Source: Candidatus Margulisiibacteriota bacterium (lineage in GTDB: Bacteria > Margulisbacteria > WOR-1 > XYC2-FULL-46-14 > JAHJBW01). Taken from it: a stretch of DNA of 27,507 bases. A program made the position numbers and the translations under genes. Positions 1 through 8,207 of the stretch are shown here, piece by piece (the first letter of the stretch is position 1; each line of letters begins with the position of its first letter). The stretch is taken from NCBI GenBank assembly GCA_018813405.1, contig JAHJBW010000082.1:1-27507 (forward strand), given 5' to 3'. The notes beneath the pieces are model-generated. The model ran no database searches, was not told the origin of the DNA, and saw nothing but the letters and a program-made list of their open reading frames with translations.

Positions 1-2
1 GC

Positions 3-1445
3 GGCGTGAGAGGTCATGCCGCCCTTGGCGGTAAGGATTCCCTGCGCGACGTTCATGCCTCCAATATCTTCCGGCGAAGTCTCGATCCTGACAAGTATAA
101 CTTTCTTGCCGGACTTTACCCACTCTTCGGCATCGTCGGCATGGAATACCACCTGTCCAGAGGCCGCGCCCGGCGAGGCCGGCAATCCTTTGGCCAGCAC
201 TTTCTTTTGCGCCTTGGGATCGAACATGGGATGCAGCAGCTGATCAAGCTGAGGAGGGGCTATGCGCATGACAGCGGTCTCCTTGCTGATCAGTTTTTCG
301 CTTACCATGTCCACCGCGATCTTTAGCGCGGCAGCCGCGGTCCTTTTGCCGGTGCGGGTTTGCAGCATCCAGAGTTTGCCTTTTTGGATCGTGAACTCGA
401 TGTCCTGCATATCCTTGTAATGTTTCTCGAGTTTTTTGTAGATCTTCTCAAGGTCCTTATAGGGTTGAGGCAAAACCTCTTCCAGTGTCTCCTGCGAAGC
501 GTCTGTTTTGGTGGAAGTGTTGACCGGCTGAGGTGTCCTTGTGCCGGCGACAACGTCCTCGCCCTGCGCGTTGATCAGGTATTCGCCAAAGAATATCTTT
601 TTTCCGGTGGCAGGATCCCTGGTAAAGGCTACTCCGGTAGCGGAATCGTCGCCCATGTTACCGTAGACCATTGATTGCACATTTACCGCCGTGCCCCAGT
701 CACCCGGAATAGCGTTGATCTTCCTGTATTTAATGGCCCTGTCACCCATCCATGAACCAAACACCGCGTTGATAGCCCCCCAGAGCTGTTTCTTTGGATC
801 TTCGGGGAAGTCATGGCCAGTGCGTTTTTTAATGGCCGCCTTGAACTTTTTGACCAGATCTTTCAAGTCTTCAACATTGAGCTCCGTGTCAACCTTGATC
901 CCGCGTTCCTGCTTTTTAGCATGGATGATCACTTCAAAAGGGTCTTCTTCCGTCTTTGTCTGCGGCTTCATTCCCAGGACAACATCGCCATACATTTGCA
1001 CGAAGCGGCGATATGAATCCCAGGCAAACCTTTCGTTGCCGGACTGCGCGATCAGTCCTTTGACGGTAGTATCGTTCAGTCCCAGATTAAGCACCGTGTC
1101 CATCATTCCCGGCATGGAAACACGGGCGCCGGACCTTACGGATACCAACAGGGGATTTTTGCTGTCACCGAACCTGGCGCCCATTACGCTTTCCACTTTT
1201 TTCATGGCCGCGTCGATCTGCTTTTCAAGCTCCCTGGGATATTTCCTGTCCAGCTTATAATAGACCGTGCACATCTCTGTAGTAATAGTAAAACCCGCCG
1301 GGACCGGGATGCCTATCTTGGCCATTTCAGCCAGGTTGGCGCCTTTGCCCCCCAAAAGATTTTTCATTCCCGCCTTTCCGTCTGCCTTGCCACCCCCAAA
1401 AAAGTACACGTATTTCTTTCCCTTTGAACCGGTTGCCTTAGCCAT
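3..1445 (-). CDS. ppdK: Pyruvate, phosphate dikinase (5' part; runs off the left edge of the window)
   Basis: Hand translation from ATG 1445: [41 protein letters not shown]...[24 protein letters not shown]. The window edge reads [14 protein letters not shown] (phospho-His motif). AGGAGG SD at 1460-1455. Absent from the ORF track because it has no stop in the window. Confidence 0.97.
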   Translation of the reverse strand, partial: MAKATGSKGKKYVYFFGGGKADGKAGMKNLLGGKGANLAEMAKIGIPVPAGFTITTEMCTVYYKLDRKYPRELEKQIDAAMKKVESVMGARFGDSKNPLLVSVRSGARVSMPGMMDTVLNLGLNDTTVKGLIAQSGNERFAWDSYRRFVQMYGDVVLGMKPQTKTEEDPFEVIIHAKKQERGIKVDTELNVEDLKDLVKKFKAAIKKRTGHDFPEDPKKQLWGAINAVFGSWMGDRAIKYRKINAIPGDWGTAVNVQSMVYGNMGDDSATGVAFTRDPATGKKIFFGEYLINAQGEDVVAGTRTPQPVNTSTKTDASQETLEEVLPQPYKDLEKIYKKLEKHYKDMQDIEFTIQKGKLWMLQTRTGKRTAAAALKIAVDMVSEKLISKETAVMRIAPPQLDQLLHPMFDPKAQKKVLAKGLPASPGAASGQVVFHADDAEEWVKSGKKVILVRIETSPEDIGGMNVAQGILTAKGGMTSHA

Positions 1446-1475
1446 TTATAAATTCCTCCTTTAAATTTAACTGGA

Positions 1476-1539
1476 CCATGAACCAATGCGCTTTGCCCGC
1501 CATGAACCTAAGTTGCCAGAGGCAACGCATGGTTCATGG
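1476..1539. repeat. Inverted/direct repeat cluster (CCATGAACC...TTGCC) in the tRNA 3' trailer
   Basis: CCATGAACC at 1476-1484 and 1500-1508, its reverse complement GGTTCATGG at 1531-1539, and inner GTTGCC-AGA-GGCAAC at 1512-1526. Confidence 0.8.
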
Positions 1540-1611
1540 TGGAGCTGAGGGGATTTGAACCCCTGACCTCTTGACTGCCAGTCAAGCGTTCTCCCACTGA
1601 ACTACAGCCCC
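1537..1611 (-). tRNA. tRNA-Ala (anticodon GGC), encoded CCA
   Basis: GGGGCTGTAGTTCAGTGGGAGAACGCTTGACTGGCAGTCAAGAGGTCAGGGGTTCAAATCCCCTCAGCTCCACCA. Cloverleaf with G3:U70 alanine identity pair, anticodon loop CTGGCAG (C32/G38) and GTTCAAAT T-loop. Confidence 0.97.
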
Positions 1612-1615
1612 ACAC

Positions 1616-1692
1616 CCGCCTTCGGCGGCAAATCCCAAATCCAAATCAATAAATCCAAAAAATTTGACATTTGATAATTAGTCATTTGCCAT
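1616..1692. repeat. CCGCC-TTC-GGCGG mini-hairpin followed by a low-complexity CAAAT(C)/ATTTG repeat tract
   Basis: Perfect 5-bp hairpin at 1616-1628, then CAAATCC CAAATC CAAATC ... and several ATTTG copies that are complementary to them. Confidence 0.6.
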
Positions 1693-1701
1693 TATCATTT
1701 T

Positions 1702-2052
1702 TCAGTAATGAAAAATGACGGCATCTTTGCCCCATAGCCCTTCCAGGTCATAATAATCCCTTTGTTCAGGGCTCATTACATGGATCACTATGCTGCCGGC
1801 ATCGAGTATCAACCAGCCGGACTTGGCCGCCCCCTCCCGGGAGCATTTCCTGCCAGAACCTTTCTGCAACTTATCTTCAATATGCGAGGCAATGGCCTCT
1901 AGCTGAACAGAGCTCTCTCCACTACATATTACCAGAAAATCGGCGATTCGTGAAATGTTTCCCAGTTTCAGGACCTTAATATCCAGCGCCTTTTTGTCGT
2001 CCGCCGCGTCGGTGATCTTTTCAACCAGTTTTTCCTCGTCAATTATGTTCAT
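1702..2052 (-). CDS. rsfS: Ribosome silencing factor RsfS (Iojap)
   Basis: DKKALDIKVL, IADFLVICSG, WLILDAGSIVIHVM, RDYYDLEGLW motifs; 116 aa. Confidence 0.95.
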   Translation of the reverse strand: MNIIDEEKLVEKITDAADDKKALDIKVLKLGNISRIADFLVICSGESSVQLEAIASHIEDKLQKGSGRKCSREGAAKSGWLILDAGSIVIHVMSPEQRDYYDLEGLWGKDAVIFHY

Positions 2053-3023
2053 TCCGTCAAGCTTTTTTCCTTCACCATTAATTTGGTCTTTACCAATTCA
2101 TTGATCTGGTCCTTGTTAGGCAGCATGTAATAGACCCCGTCGATCATTGAATCGTTCCCCTGCAAAGAGGTCATCTTTATGCTGCCCAGCTCGGAGATCT
2201 TTTTTAAGCCGAATGCCAGCCCGAATATTTCACGGGTATTGAGGTTGGTTTGCATATGAGACAAAAGTTTCATCACAAGATTCGGGGCTTTGAACATATT
2301 CTCGCGTTTGGACATCTGGTCCGCCAGGGCTTTGATGAACTTTTGCTGGCGTTGTATCCTTTTTAGATCGCCTCCGTCGCTGCGATACCTGAGATACGCA
2401 AGCGTGTTCCTTCCATTCAAGACCTGCGTTCCCGGCTTTAGGTCAACCCTCAGGTCCTGAGAATAGTCCATATAGTACATGCGACCCTCGACTTCTATTT
2501 TTACCCCCCCTATCTCGTCTATTAAAGAAGCTAATCCGCTCATATCAAACACAACATAATATGGTATCTTCAAGCCAAGGAAGTCTTCCACGGTTTCCCT
2601 GGCCATCGCAAGCCCGCCATAGGCATAGGCATGATTGATCTTGTCCTGCCCCCTTCTGGGAATGGATACCAGCGTGTCGCGGGGGATAGAAACAATGTCA
2701 GCCGTGAGATCATCGGGATTAATGTGGACAACCATTATGGTATCAGAGCGATGGCTTAGCCTGCCCGAATCAAGGCCCAGGATCAGCACGTTGGTTTCAG
2801 GGAAGAGTTGTTCTCCCGGCATCATGGTTACCAGGCTTTCAAGAAGAATGAAGCGGCTGAATATTGAAAAGCCAAAACCAAGAAATACCGCAAATATGAT
2901 CATGATGAACATCGCGAATGCCAGCAGCCAGGGAAAACCCCTGCGCCCGCCTTTTGGCTTCTCGACCTTCTTGACGGTCAGGCTTTTAAGATATTCACTT
3001 TCCCAGTTCTTTTTCTTGTCCAT
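2049..3023 (-). CDS. LCP (LytR-CpsA-Psr) family cell-envelope phosphotransferase
   Basis: N-terminal TM helix; NVLILGLD, RSDTIMVV, VSIPRDTLV, KINHAYAYGG, YLRYR, DLKRIQRQQ. Confidence 0.93.
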   Translation of the reverse strand: MDKKKNWESEYLKSLTVKKVEKPKGGRRGFPWLLAFAMFIMIIFAVFLGFGFSIFSRFILLESLVTMMPGEQLFPETNVLILGLDSGRLSHRSDTIMVVHINPDDLTADIVSIPRDTLVSIPRRGQDKINHAYAYGGLAMARETVEDFLGLKIPYYVVFDMSGLASLIDEIGGVKIEVEGRMYYMDYSQDLRVDLKPGTQVLNGRNTLAYLRYRSDGGDLKRIQRQQKFIKALADQMSKRENMFKAPNLVMKLLSHMQTNLNTREIFGLAFGLKKISELGSIKMTSLQGNDSMIDGVYYMLPNKDQINELVKTKLMVKEKSLTE

Positions 3024-3576
3024 GTTTCCTGATTAAAAATTCATTCCTGGTGCGGACCCCTTCTTCGGAGACCGGCAACCCTTTTTCCAGCAGGCTCGAT
3101 ATCATTGAAGCGCAGGAACATATTATAGCCTCATCCATGTCTTTATAGGCCAGCTCCCTTATTCTGTGCACCCCGGAATAATCGCGTTCTGATTCAATAT
3201 GATCGGCCAAATAGACTACTTTGTCCAACCCCGACATGTCGACCGATCCCAGCGTGTGTTTGCTAACGGCGGACAATATCTCAGGAACGCTCACGCCGTA
3301 TTCTTCCCGGCAGAAAAACGCGCTCAATTTGGCATGCAAAAGCTTTGGCTCAAATTCTTCAAGCGCCGATATGTCAAAGCCCAGTTCTCGCGCCCTGGCC
3401 AGCATGCCCTTGCGGTCCAGGAAGCGGGAACAATCGTGTAAAAGTCCTGCCAATTCGGCTTTTTTTGTATCCAGGCCATAGTGTTCCGCCAGTGACACGG
3501 CCTCTTCCGCCACCCGTTCGGAATGGGCAAATCGTTCGGGAGACAGCCTGCTCCTCAACTTTTCCCTGAGGTCCAT
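2995..3576 (-). CDS. yqeK: HD-domain symmetrical Ap4A hydrolase YqeK
   Basis: RFAHSERVA, AGLLHDCSR, LLHAKLSA, AVSKHTLG, VYLADHIE; lies next to LCP and rsfS as in the usual cluster. Confidence 0.88.
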   Translation of the reverse strand: MDLREKLRSRLSPERFAHSERVAEEAVSLAEHYGLDTKKAELAGLLHDCSRFLDRKGMLARARELGFDISALEEFEPKLLHAKLSAFFCREEYGVSVPEILSAVSKHTLGSVDMSGLDKVVYLADHIESERDYSGVHRIRELAYKDMDEAIICSCASMISSLLEKGLPVSEEGVRTRNEFLIRKHGQEKELGK

Positions 3577-3836
3577 TAAAACTTGCTCGTCTTTGGCTTG
3601 GCCTCGTTGACCACCAGTTTCCTTCCGGCCAATTCTGAACCGTTCATGGAACTGATAAGCTTTTCAGCGTTCTCGTCAGCCACCTCGACAAAACCGAAGC
3701 CGCGAGACCTGTTCGTTTCGCGCTCAATTATTATCCTCGCGGAAAGCACCGGGCATATCTGTTCAAAAGCCTGCACCAGTTCCGTGTCTTTCATTCCCCA
3801 GGGAAGATTGCCTACATACAACGTTTTCACTAACAC
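3576..3836 (-). CDS. Single-RRM RNA-binding protein (Rbp type)
   Basis: RNP2 LYVGNL, RNP1 RGFGFVEV, LAGRKLVVNEAKP. Its TAA overlaps the yqeK ATG (TAATG). The true start may be GTG 3830, given the SD spacing. Confidence 0.92.
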   Translation of the reverse strand: MLVKTLYVGNLPWGMKDTELVQAFEQICPVLSARIIIERETNRSRGFGFVEVADENAEKLISSMNGSELAGRKLVVNEAKPKTSKF

Positions 3837-3847
3837 ACCCCTTTTCT

Positions 3848-3889
3848 AAAAAAATAGCCAGAGCTGTTTTTTCAAAAAAACCCCCTGGC
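3848..3889 (-). terminator. Terminator-like hairpin plus U-tract in the 5' leader of the RRM operon
   Basis: Minus strand GCCAGGGGGTTTTTTTGAAAAAACAGCTCTGGC followed by TATTTTTTT; the stem is imperfect. Confidence 0.45.
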
Positions 3890-3956
3890 GATCTTAATGT
3901 AATGTATATTTGATGCTGGTTTCAAGAGAATCCTTTACCTTGGACGGGCCGCTTGA

Positions 3957-3985
3957 ATTATACTAAAATTGGCTTTTACTGTCAA
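3957..3985 (-). promoter_or_regulatory. Sigma70-type promoter for the RRM-yqeK-LCP-rsfS operon
   Basis: Perfect TTGACA (3985-3980), 17 nt, TATAAT (3962-3957). Confidence 0.75.
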
Positions 3986-4003
3986 CAAATTTTATGGTAT
4001 AAA
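3975..4003 (+). promoter_or_regulatory. Sigma70-type extended -10 promoter, probably leaderless, for the NIF3-like gene
   Basis: TTTACT (3975-3980), 17 nt, TG-G-TATAAA (3995-4003), then 7 nt to ATG 4011 with no SD. Confidence 0.6.
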
Positions 4004-4010
4004 TTATGTC

Positions 4011-4337
4011 ATGAGATCACAAAAATGCAAGCTGATCGTTTTTGTGCCGCAAACACATGTTGAACAGGTCAGGATAGCCGTTTGCAAGGCCGGAGCAGGC
4101 AAGATCGGAAAAAAATACGATAACTGCACTTTCATGTCGCCCGGCATCGGCACCTTCCGCCCGCTTAAGGGCGCAAAACCGGCTCTTGGCAGGGTCGGCA
4201 AGATCGAGAGGGTGGGTGAAGCCCGCCTTGAAACGATCGTCCTAAAAAAAGATCTCAAAAAAGTCATTGCCGCAATGAAGAAAGCACACCCGTATGAAGA
4301 GGTCGCTTATGAGGTTTATGCCCTTCTTGATGCCTAG
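4011..4337 (+). CDS. Stand-alone NIF3/YqfO PII-like domain protein
   Basis: KLIVFVP, AGAGKIG..YDNCTF, GIGTFRPLKGAKP, E.RLETIV, AHPYEEVAYEVY. Start ATG 4011 is preferred over TTG 3969. Confidence 0.85.
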   Translation: MRSQKCKLIVFVPQTHVEQVRIAVCKAGAGKIGKKYDNCTFMSPGIGTFRPLKGAKPALGRVGKIERVGEARLETIVLKKDLKKVIAAMKKAHPYEEVAYEVYALLDA

Positions 4338-5107
4338 GGCAGCAGTACCAGCCGCGAGTTCTTGTTCCTGATATTCTTCTGCACTTCGGCCTTCACCCTG
4401 TAAGTCTTCCAAATATTGGCGGCGGTCAAGACTTCTTCGGGGGTTCCCATCGCGACCAGCATTCCCTTGTGTACCAGTATCATGCGCTTGCAAAACCTTG
4501 CCGCCATATTAAGGTCGTGGAAGGTAGCGATGATAGTTCTTTGCTTGCGCAGTTTTCTTAACAGCCTTAATATCTTGACCTGATACCTTATATCAAGATG
4601 AGAGATTGGTTCGTCCAGCAAGAGTATCTTTGGTTCCTGCGCCAGCGCCCGGGCAATGGCCACGCGCTGGAATTCGCCGCCCGAAAGGTTGTTGACGGGT
4701 ATCTCCGCCAGGTCCTCTATCTTGACCTCTTCAAGCGCCCACTTTACCACTTCGCGGTCTTCATCACCTTCAAAAGAGAACCTTCGCATATAGGGCGTGC
4801 GGCCCAGCATGACCATTTCCCTGACGGTAAAACCGGAGACCGGCTCCATCAGCTGAGGCACCAGAGCGACTTTTTTGGCCAGCTCATTATGTTCGAGATT
4901 AAGGATGTTCTCTTCGTTCATTTTAATGAACCCGTGTTTGACCGGCAGCAGGCCGCACAGGGCGCGCAAAAGAGTGGTTTTGCCGCTGCCGTTGGGGCCG
5001 ACTATGCCTATGAACTCTCCCATGTTAACTTCAAAATTCACGCCCTGCAGTATCATCTGCTCATCAACATACCCTGCCATTACGTCTTTTACTTCTAGTG
5101 CTTTCAT
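4334..5107 (-). CDS. ABC transporter ATP-binding subunit (BtuD/FepC, cobalamin/iron-siderophore type)
   Basis: Walker A GPNGSGKT, signature LSGGEFQRV, Walker B LLLDEP, H-loop FHDLN. Confidence 0.93.
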   Translation of the reverse strand: MKALEVKDVMAGYVDEQMILQGVNFEVNMGEFIGIVGPNGSGKTTLLRALCGLLPVKHGFIKMNEENILNLEHNELAKKVALVPQLMEPVSGFTVREMVMLGRTPYMRRFSFEGDEDREVVKWALEEVKIEDLAEIPVNNLSGGEFQRVAIARALAQEPKILLLDEPISHLDIRYQVKILRLLRKLRKQRTIIATFHDLNMAARFCKRMILVHKGMLVAMGTPEEVLTAANIWKTYRVKAEVQKNIRNKNSRLVLLP

Positions 5108-6062
5108 TGCCTTTTTATGTTCCTTCTAAGTATGAATAGGAAAAACGGGGCGCCTACCAGCGACATTATAATGCCAATGGGTATTTCGATGGGGGAAAGA
5201 GCTGTCCTTGCGATAGTATCTGCTACCACCAAAAGGATTGCGCCGGCCAGGGCGGAAAAGGCACCAGGTACCGATGGTTGGCGCCCAGTATCATCCGCAC
5301 GAAATGAGGGATTATCAGCCCGACAAAGCCGACCAACCCCGACACCGAAACAGCCGCCGCGGTCACCAGCGTAGCGGTAGTGATGATCAATATCCTTAGT
5401 TTTTCGACATCCACGCCCAGCGTTTGCGCCATGTCCTCGCCCAAAAGCAGAGCGTTCAATTCTTTTGAATAGAAATAGGCGATCACCAGGCCGAATATCA
5501 TATAGGGAGTAACGGTTATCACGTCGCTCCACGAAGCCGAGGATAGCGATCCTAAAAGCCAGAAATAAATTGACTGCAGTTTGCCGGTGGTAATGATGAT
5601 GAGCGCCAGTATGGCGGCCGCAAAAGACGATACGGCCACGCCTGCCAGGATAAGGGTCTCGGTCGAGGTGCGCCCGGCAACTTTGGAAAGGTTATAAACC
5701 ACAAAGACAGCCAGCAGCGCGCCCATAAAAGCCAGGATGGGAGTAGAACTGAGGCCGAAAAGAGTAAGCGTCATGCCGGTGCCCAGCGCGATCGACGCTC
5801 CCACTCCGGCGCCCGCCGAAACACCAAGTATATAAGGGTCGGCCAGCGGGTTTCTAAGGATGGCCTGCAGCATGACCCCGGAAATGGCAAGCAGTACGCC
5901 CACCAGCACGGAAAGCAGGACTCTGGGCAAACGGATCTGCAGGAAAATGGGGCTTTCCATAAGATCGCCCGGGGACATCATTACGGGTCCCAGAAAAACA
6001 GAAATAACGGCCAAAAGCAAAAGCACCGAGCAAAGTATGATTAAGATTTGATTTTTATTCAT
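5104..6062 (-). pseudogene. FecCD/BtuC family ABC permease, split by a single-base frameshift at 5256-5259 (real or an assembly error)
   Basis: IRLPRVLL, RNPLADPYILGVSAGA, GLVGFVGLIIPH in one frame. The expected C-terminus SALAGAILLVVADTIART...GAPFFLFILRR is in the other frame, and adding one T to CCTTTTCC joins them. Confidence 0.85.
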
Positions 6063-6879
6063 GTAAAAACTCCGCAATTTTTTCTATGGCATAAACTACC
6101 CGCGGTCCGGGCCGCACCAGGATATCCTCGTCAATAAATAAGATTTTACCATTTTTTAGCGCGGAAATCTGCCTCCATCTAAGATCGCTTTTTACCTCGC
6201 TTTCCGAGATCAGGTTCTTGAGCACTATGATATGGGGGGGGTTCATATAAAGGAATTGCTCAAAGCTTAATTGCGGATAAGGATTTTGCGATTCGGCCAG
6301 CATGTTTATTCCCCCCGCGTATTCTATTATGCTGTTTATGAAACTGTCCTTTCCGACAGATACGATAGGCTTATAGCCCACCAGGACAAAGACCTTTTTT
6401 TTCGGCTTGTCCTTTACCCGCGCCTTTGCCGCCTCAATCCGCTCATACATTGCGCTTATAAGGTTGGCGGCGTTAACGTTCTCGCCGGTTATGCGGCCAA
6501 TTTCCATAATGGAATAAATAATGTCGCCGACACTGCGGGGATCGACCGTGTATATCGGGACATTAAATCTCCTTAGCTTGGGTATTTCAAGCTTCTGGGC
6601 TGTTTCATGCAATATAACCAGGTCCGGGTCCAGCGCTATGATCTTTTCAATATTAAGGGTCAGTCCGCCGATCCGCTCTTTCTTTTTTACTTCCAGAGGA
6701 AAGTTGTCGGTAGAACTGACGCCAACCACCCTGTCCTGTATTCCTATGCCGTAAAGGATCTCGGTGACAGATGGAATGCCGGAAACGATCCTCTGGGGAA
6801 AGGCTATGCTGGCTATTGCGGAATTAGAAAAAGCGAGCAGAAAAGCAACTATTATAATAGCGGTAAACTTTCGAAACAT
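6055..6879 (-). CDS. ABC substrate-binding protein, BtuF/Peripla_BP_2 class
   Basis: Signal peptide; PQRIVS, TEILYGIG, RVVGVS, NIEKIIALDPDLV, EQFLYMNPPHI, RPGPRV. Confidence 0.9.
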   Translation of the reverse strand: MFRKFTAIIIVAFLLAFSNSAIASIAFPQRIVSGIPSVTEILYGIGIQDRVVGVSSTDNFPLEVKKKERIGGLTLNIEKIIALDPDLVILHETAQKLEIPKLRRFNVPIYTVDPRSVGDIIYSIMEIGRITGENVNAANLISAMYERIEAAKARVKDKPKKKVFVLVGYKPIVSVGKDSFINSIIEYAGGINMLAESQNPYPQLSFEQFLYMNPPHIIVLKNLISESEVKSDLRWRQISALKNGKILFIDEDILVRPGPRVVYAIEKIAEFLHE

Positions 6880-6899
6880 GTCTAGTACATAATTATACT

Positions 6900-7760
6900 C
6901 TATTTTGCGGCTTTATTCCACAGCACCATGTCACCTGCTTTCAGGCCCGATGCCAGCGCCAAATGGGGACATTTGACCATCAACAAAAAGAACACCCCTG
7001 GATCCCTTTTTAGTGTCTCAAAGTTGCCCTGCCCTTTTGCGATCACCAGGTCGGCTTCGTTGAATATCTTTTTGAATTCACTGGCAGTATCCTCAAACAT
7101 TGTCCCGGCCGTCTCCGACCCTGATTTGATGATATTAACGCCCATTTGGTCCAGCCCGGCAGCTTTTGCGTCCGGCATGGTCACATCATTAAGTATAGGC
7201 TTGCTTTTTACGGCCACGACAACCGCGATCCCCCTGTCCAGCAGTTGTTGGATGAGCAGTTTATCAAAGACTATCTCCCCCGCGTTATCGGCAACGTATA
7301 AAACCTTTTTGGCATTACGCAGAGACTTGATGAACTTCTTATAATGGTCGCTCTTAAGCTCGGCCTTTAATACCCTGTCGATGGTCTGCATCACGTCCAT
7401 GCGGTGGGCAGGCCCATAATCAATTACATTGCCGGCAATGGCCAGTTTCATGGAAGTGAGCAATGGGTCCTTGGCGTTTTTGACGATCTTTTCAAGCCTG
7501 GGAAAAAGCTCAAGGGCCTCCCTGTTGGTCTGTTCTTTAATCTCTTTATAAAAGTCTTCTTTTGCAATGAACTTATGTAGTATCTTATGAGCTTGTTGCG
7601 TTAATTCTGGGGGAGAGAGCTTCGAGATCGGCTGTTTCTGCAGTTCCGCCATGACAGATTTAAGGATGGATTCTTTCCTGTCGAGAGACAAGGCTTGTCT
7701 TTGAATGACCTCGACCACTTGATTGAGCACACAGGGGACGCATTCAAGAAAGGCTTTCAT
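6900..7760 (-). CDS. DUF89/ARMT1-like damage-control phosphatase
   Basis: N-terminal ECVPC, AGNVIDYG, DNAGEIVFD, ILNDVT, IAKGQGNFETL. Confidence 0.88.
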   Translation of the reverse strand: MKAFLECVPCVLNQVVEVIQRQALSLDRKESILKSVMAELQKQPISKLSPPELTQQAHKILHKFIAKEDFYKEIKEQTNREALELFPRLEKIVKNAKDPLLTSMKLAIAGNVIDYGPAHRMDVMQTIDRVLKAELKSDHYKKFIKSLRNAKKVLYVADNAGEIVFDKLLIQQLLDRGIAVVVAVKSKPILNDVTMPDAKAAGLDQMGVNIIKSGSETAGTMFEDTASEFKKIFNEADLVIAKGQGNFETLKRDPGVFFLLMVKCPHLALASGLKAGDMVLWNKAAK

Positions 7761-7785
7761 AACATGATTATATCACCAAAAGTCT

Positions 7786-7814
7786 TTGACATTAAATGAA
7801 GGATATATTATATT
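7786..7814 (+). promoter_or_regulatory. Sigma70-type promoter, probably leaderless, for the response regulator
   Basis: TTGACA (7786-7791), 17 nt, TATATT (7809-7814), 6 nt, ATG 7821. A divergent TG-A-TATAAT (7775-7767) lies 6 nt before the DUF89 ATG. Confidence 0.65.
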
Positions 7815-7820
7815 CATACC

Positions 7821-8207
7821 ATGCCAAAGATACTGGTTGTTGACGATAATGCGGACATGATCGAACTGATGAAGACCCGGTTTGAAATGAAAGGCTTTGA
7901 TACCAGGATCGCCACCGACGGCGAAGAAGCCTGGAAGATCATCAAAGAATCCTCTCCCGATGTGGTGCTGGCGGATCACAATCTCCCTGGTATCAGCGGT
8001 TCCCAGCTGTGTGAAAAGATCAAGAACGATCCCAAACTGAAGAATATCGTGGTCATTCTGGCTTCCGCCAGTGTGGCGGACGAGATCGGCAGTATTTCCC
8101 GCCGGGTATCCGCCGACGACTACATTGCCAAAGGCGTGGATAATTTTGATTCGCTCTTTACCAAGGTGACCAACCTGCTCAAACAAAAAGGGAAAATGCC
8201 TTCCTAG
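7821..8207 (+). CDS. Single-domain (CheY-like) response regulator
   Basis: KILVVDDN, PDVVLADHNLPGISG (phospho-Asp), ILAS, ADDYIAK; no output domain. Confidence 0.92.
   Translation: MPKILVVDDNADMIELMKTRFEMKGFDTRIATDGEEAWKIIKESSPDVVLADHNLPGISGSQLCEKIKNDPKLKNIVVILASASVADEIGSISRRVSADDYIAKGVDNFDSLFTKVTNLLKQKGKMPS

Noticed and set aside
6-1464. Several plus-strand ORFs and one short minus-strand ORF in the ORF track over the first 1.46 kb
   Set aside because: They are antisense or out-of-frame shadows of ppdK, which the track missed because it has no stop codon in the window.
1537-1611. tRNA as an integration (att) site; C32-G38 pair in the anticodon loop
   Set aside because: No duplicated tRNA 3' end or integrase in the window; a 32-38 pair is a known feature of tRNA-Ala(GGC), not a novelty.
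3890-3918. TAATGTATATT resembling the centre of an E. coli dif site
   Set aside because: Only the TAA-TGTATA-TT core matches; neither the XerC arm nor the TTATGTTAAAT XerD arm is present.
6880-6899. Expected cobalamin riboswitch or Fur box before the BtuF-like operon
   Set aside because: The gap is only 20 nt and holds just a TATAAT; no riboswitch or Fur motif is visible, so the substrate (B12 or iron chelate) is left unassigned and no btu symbols are given.
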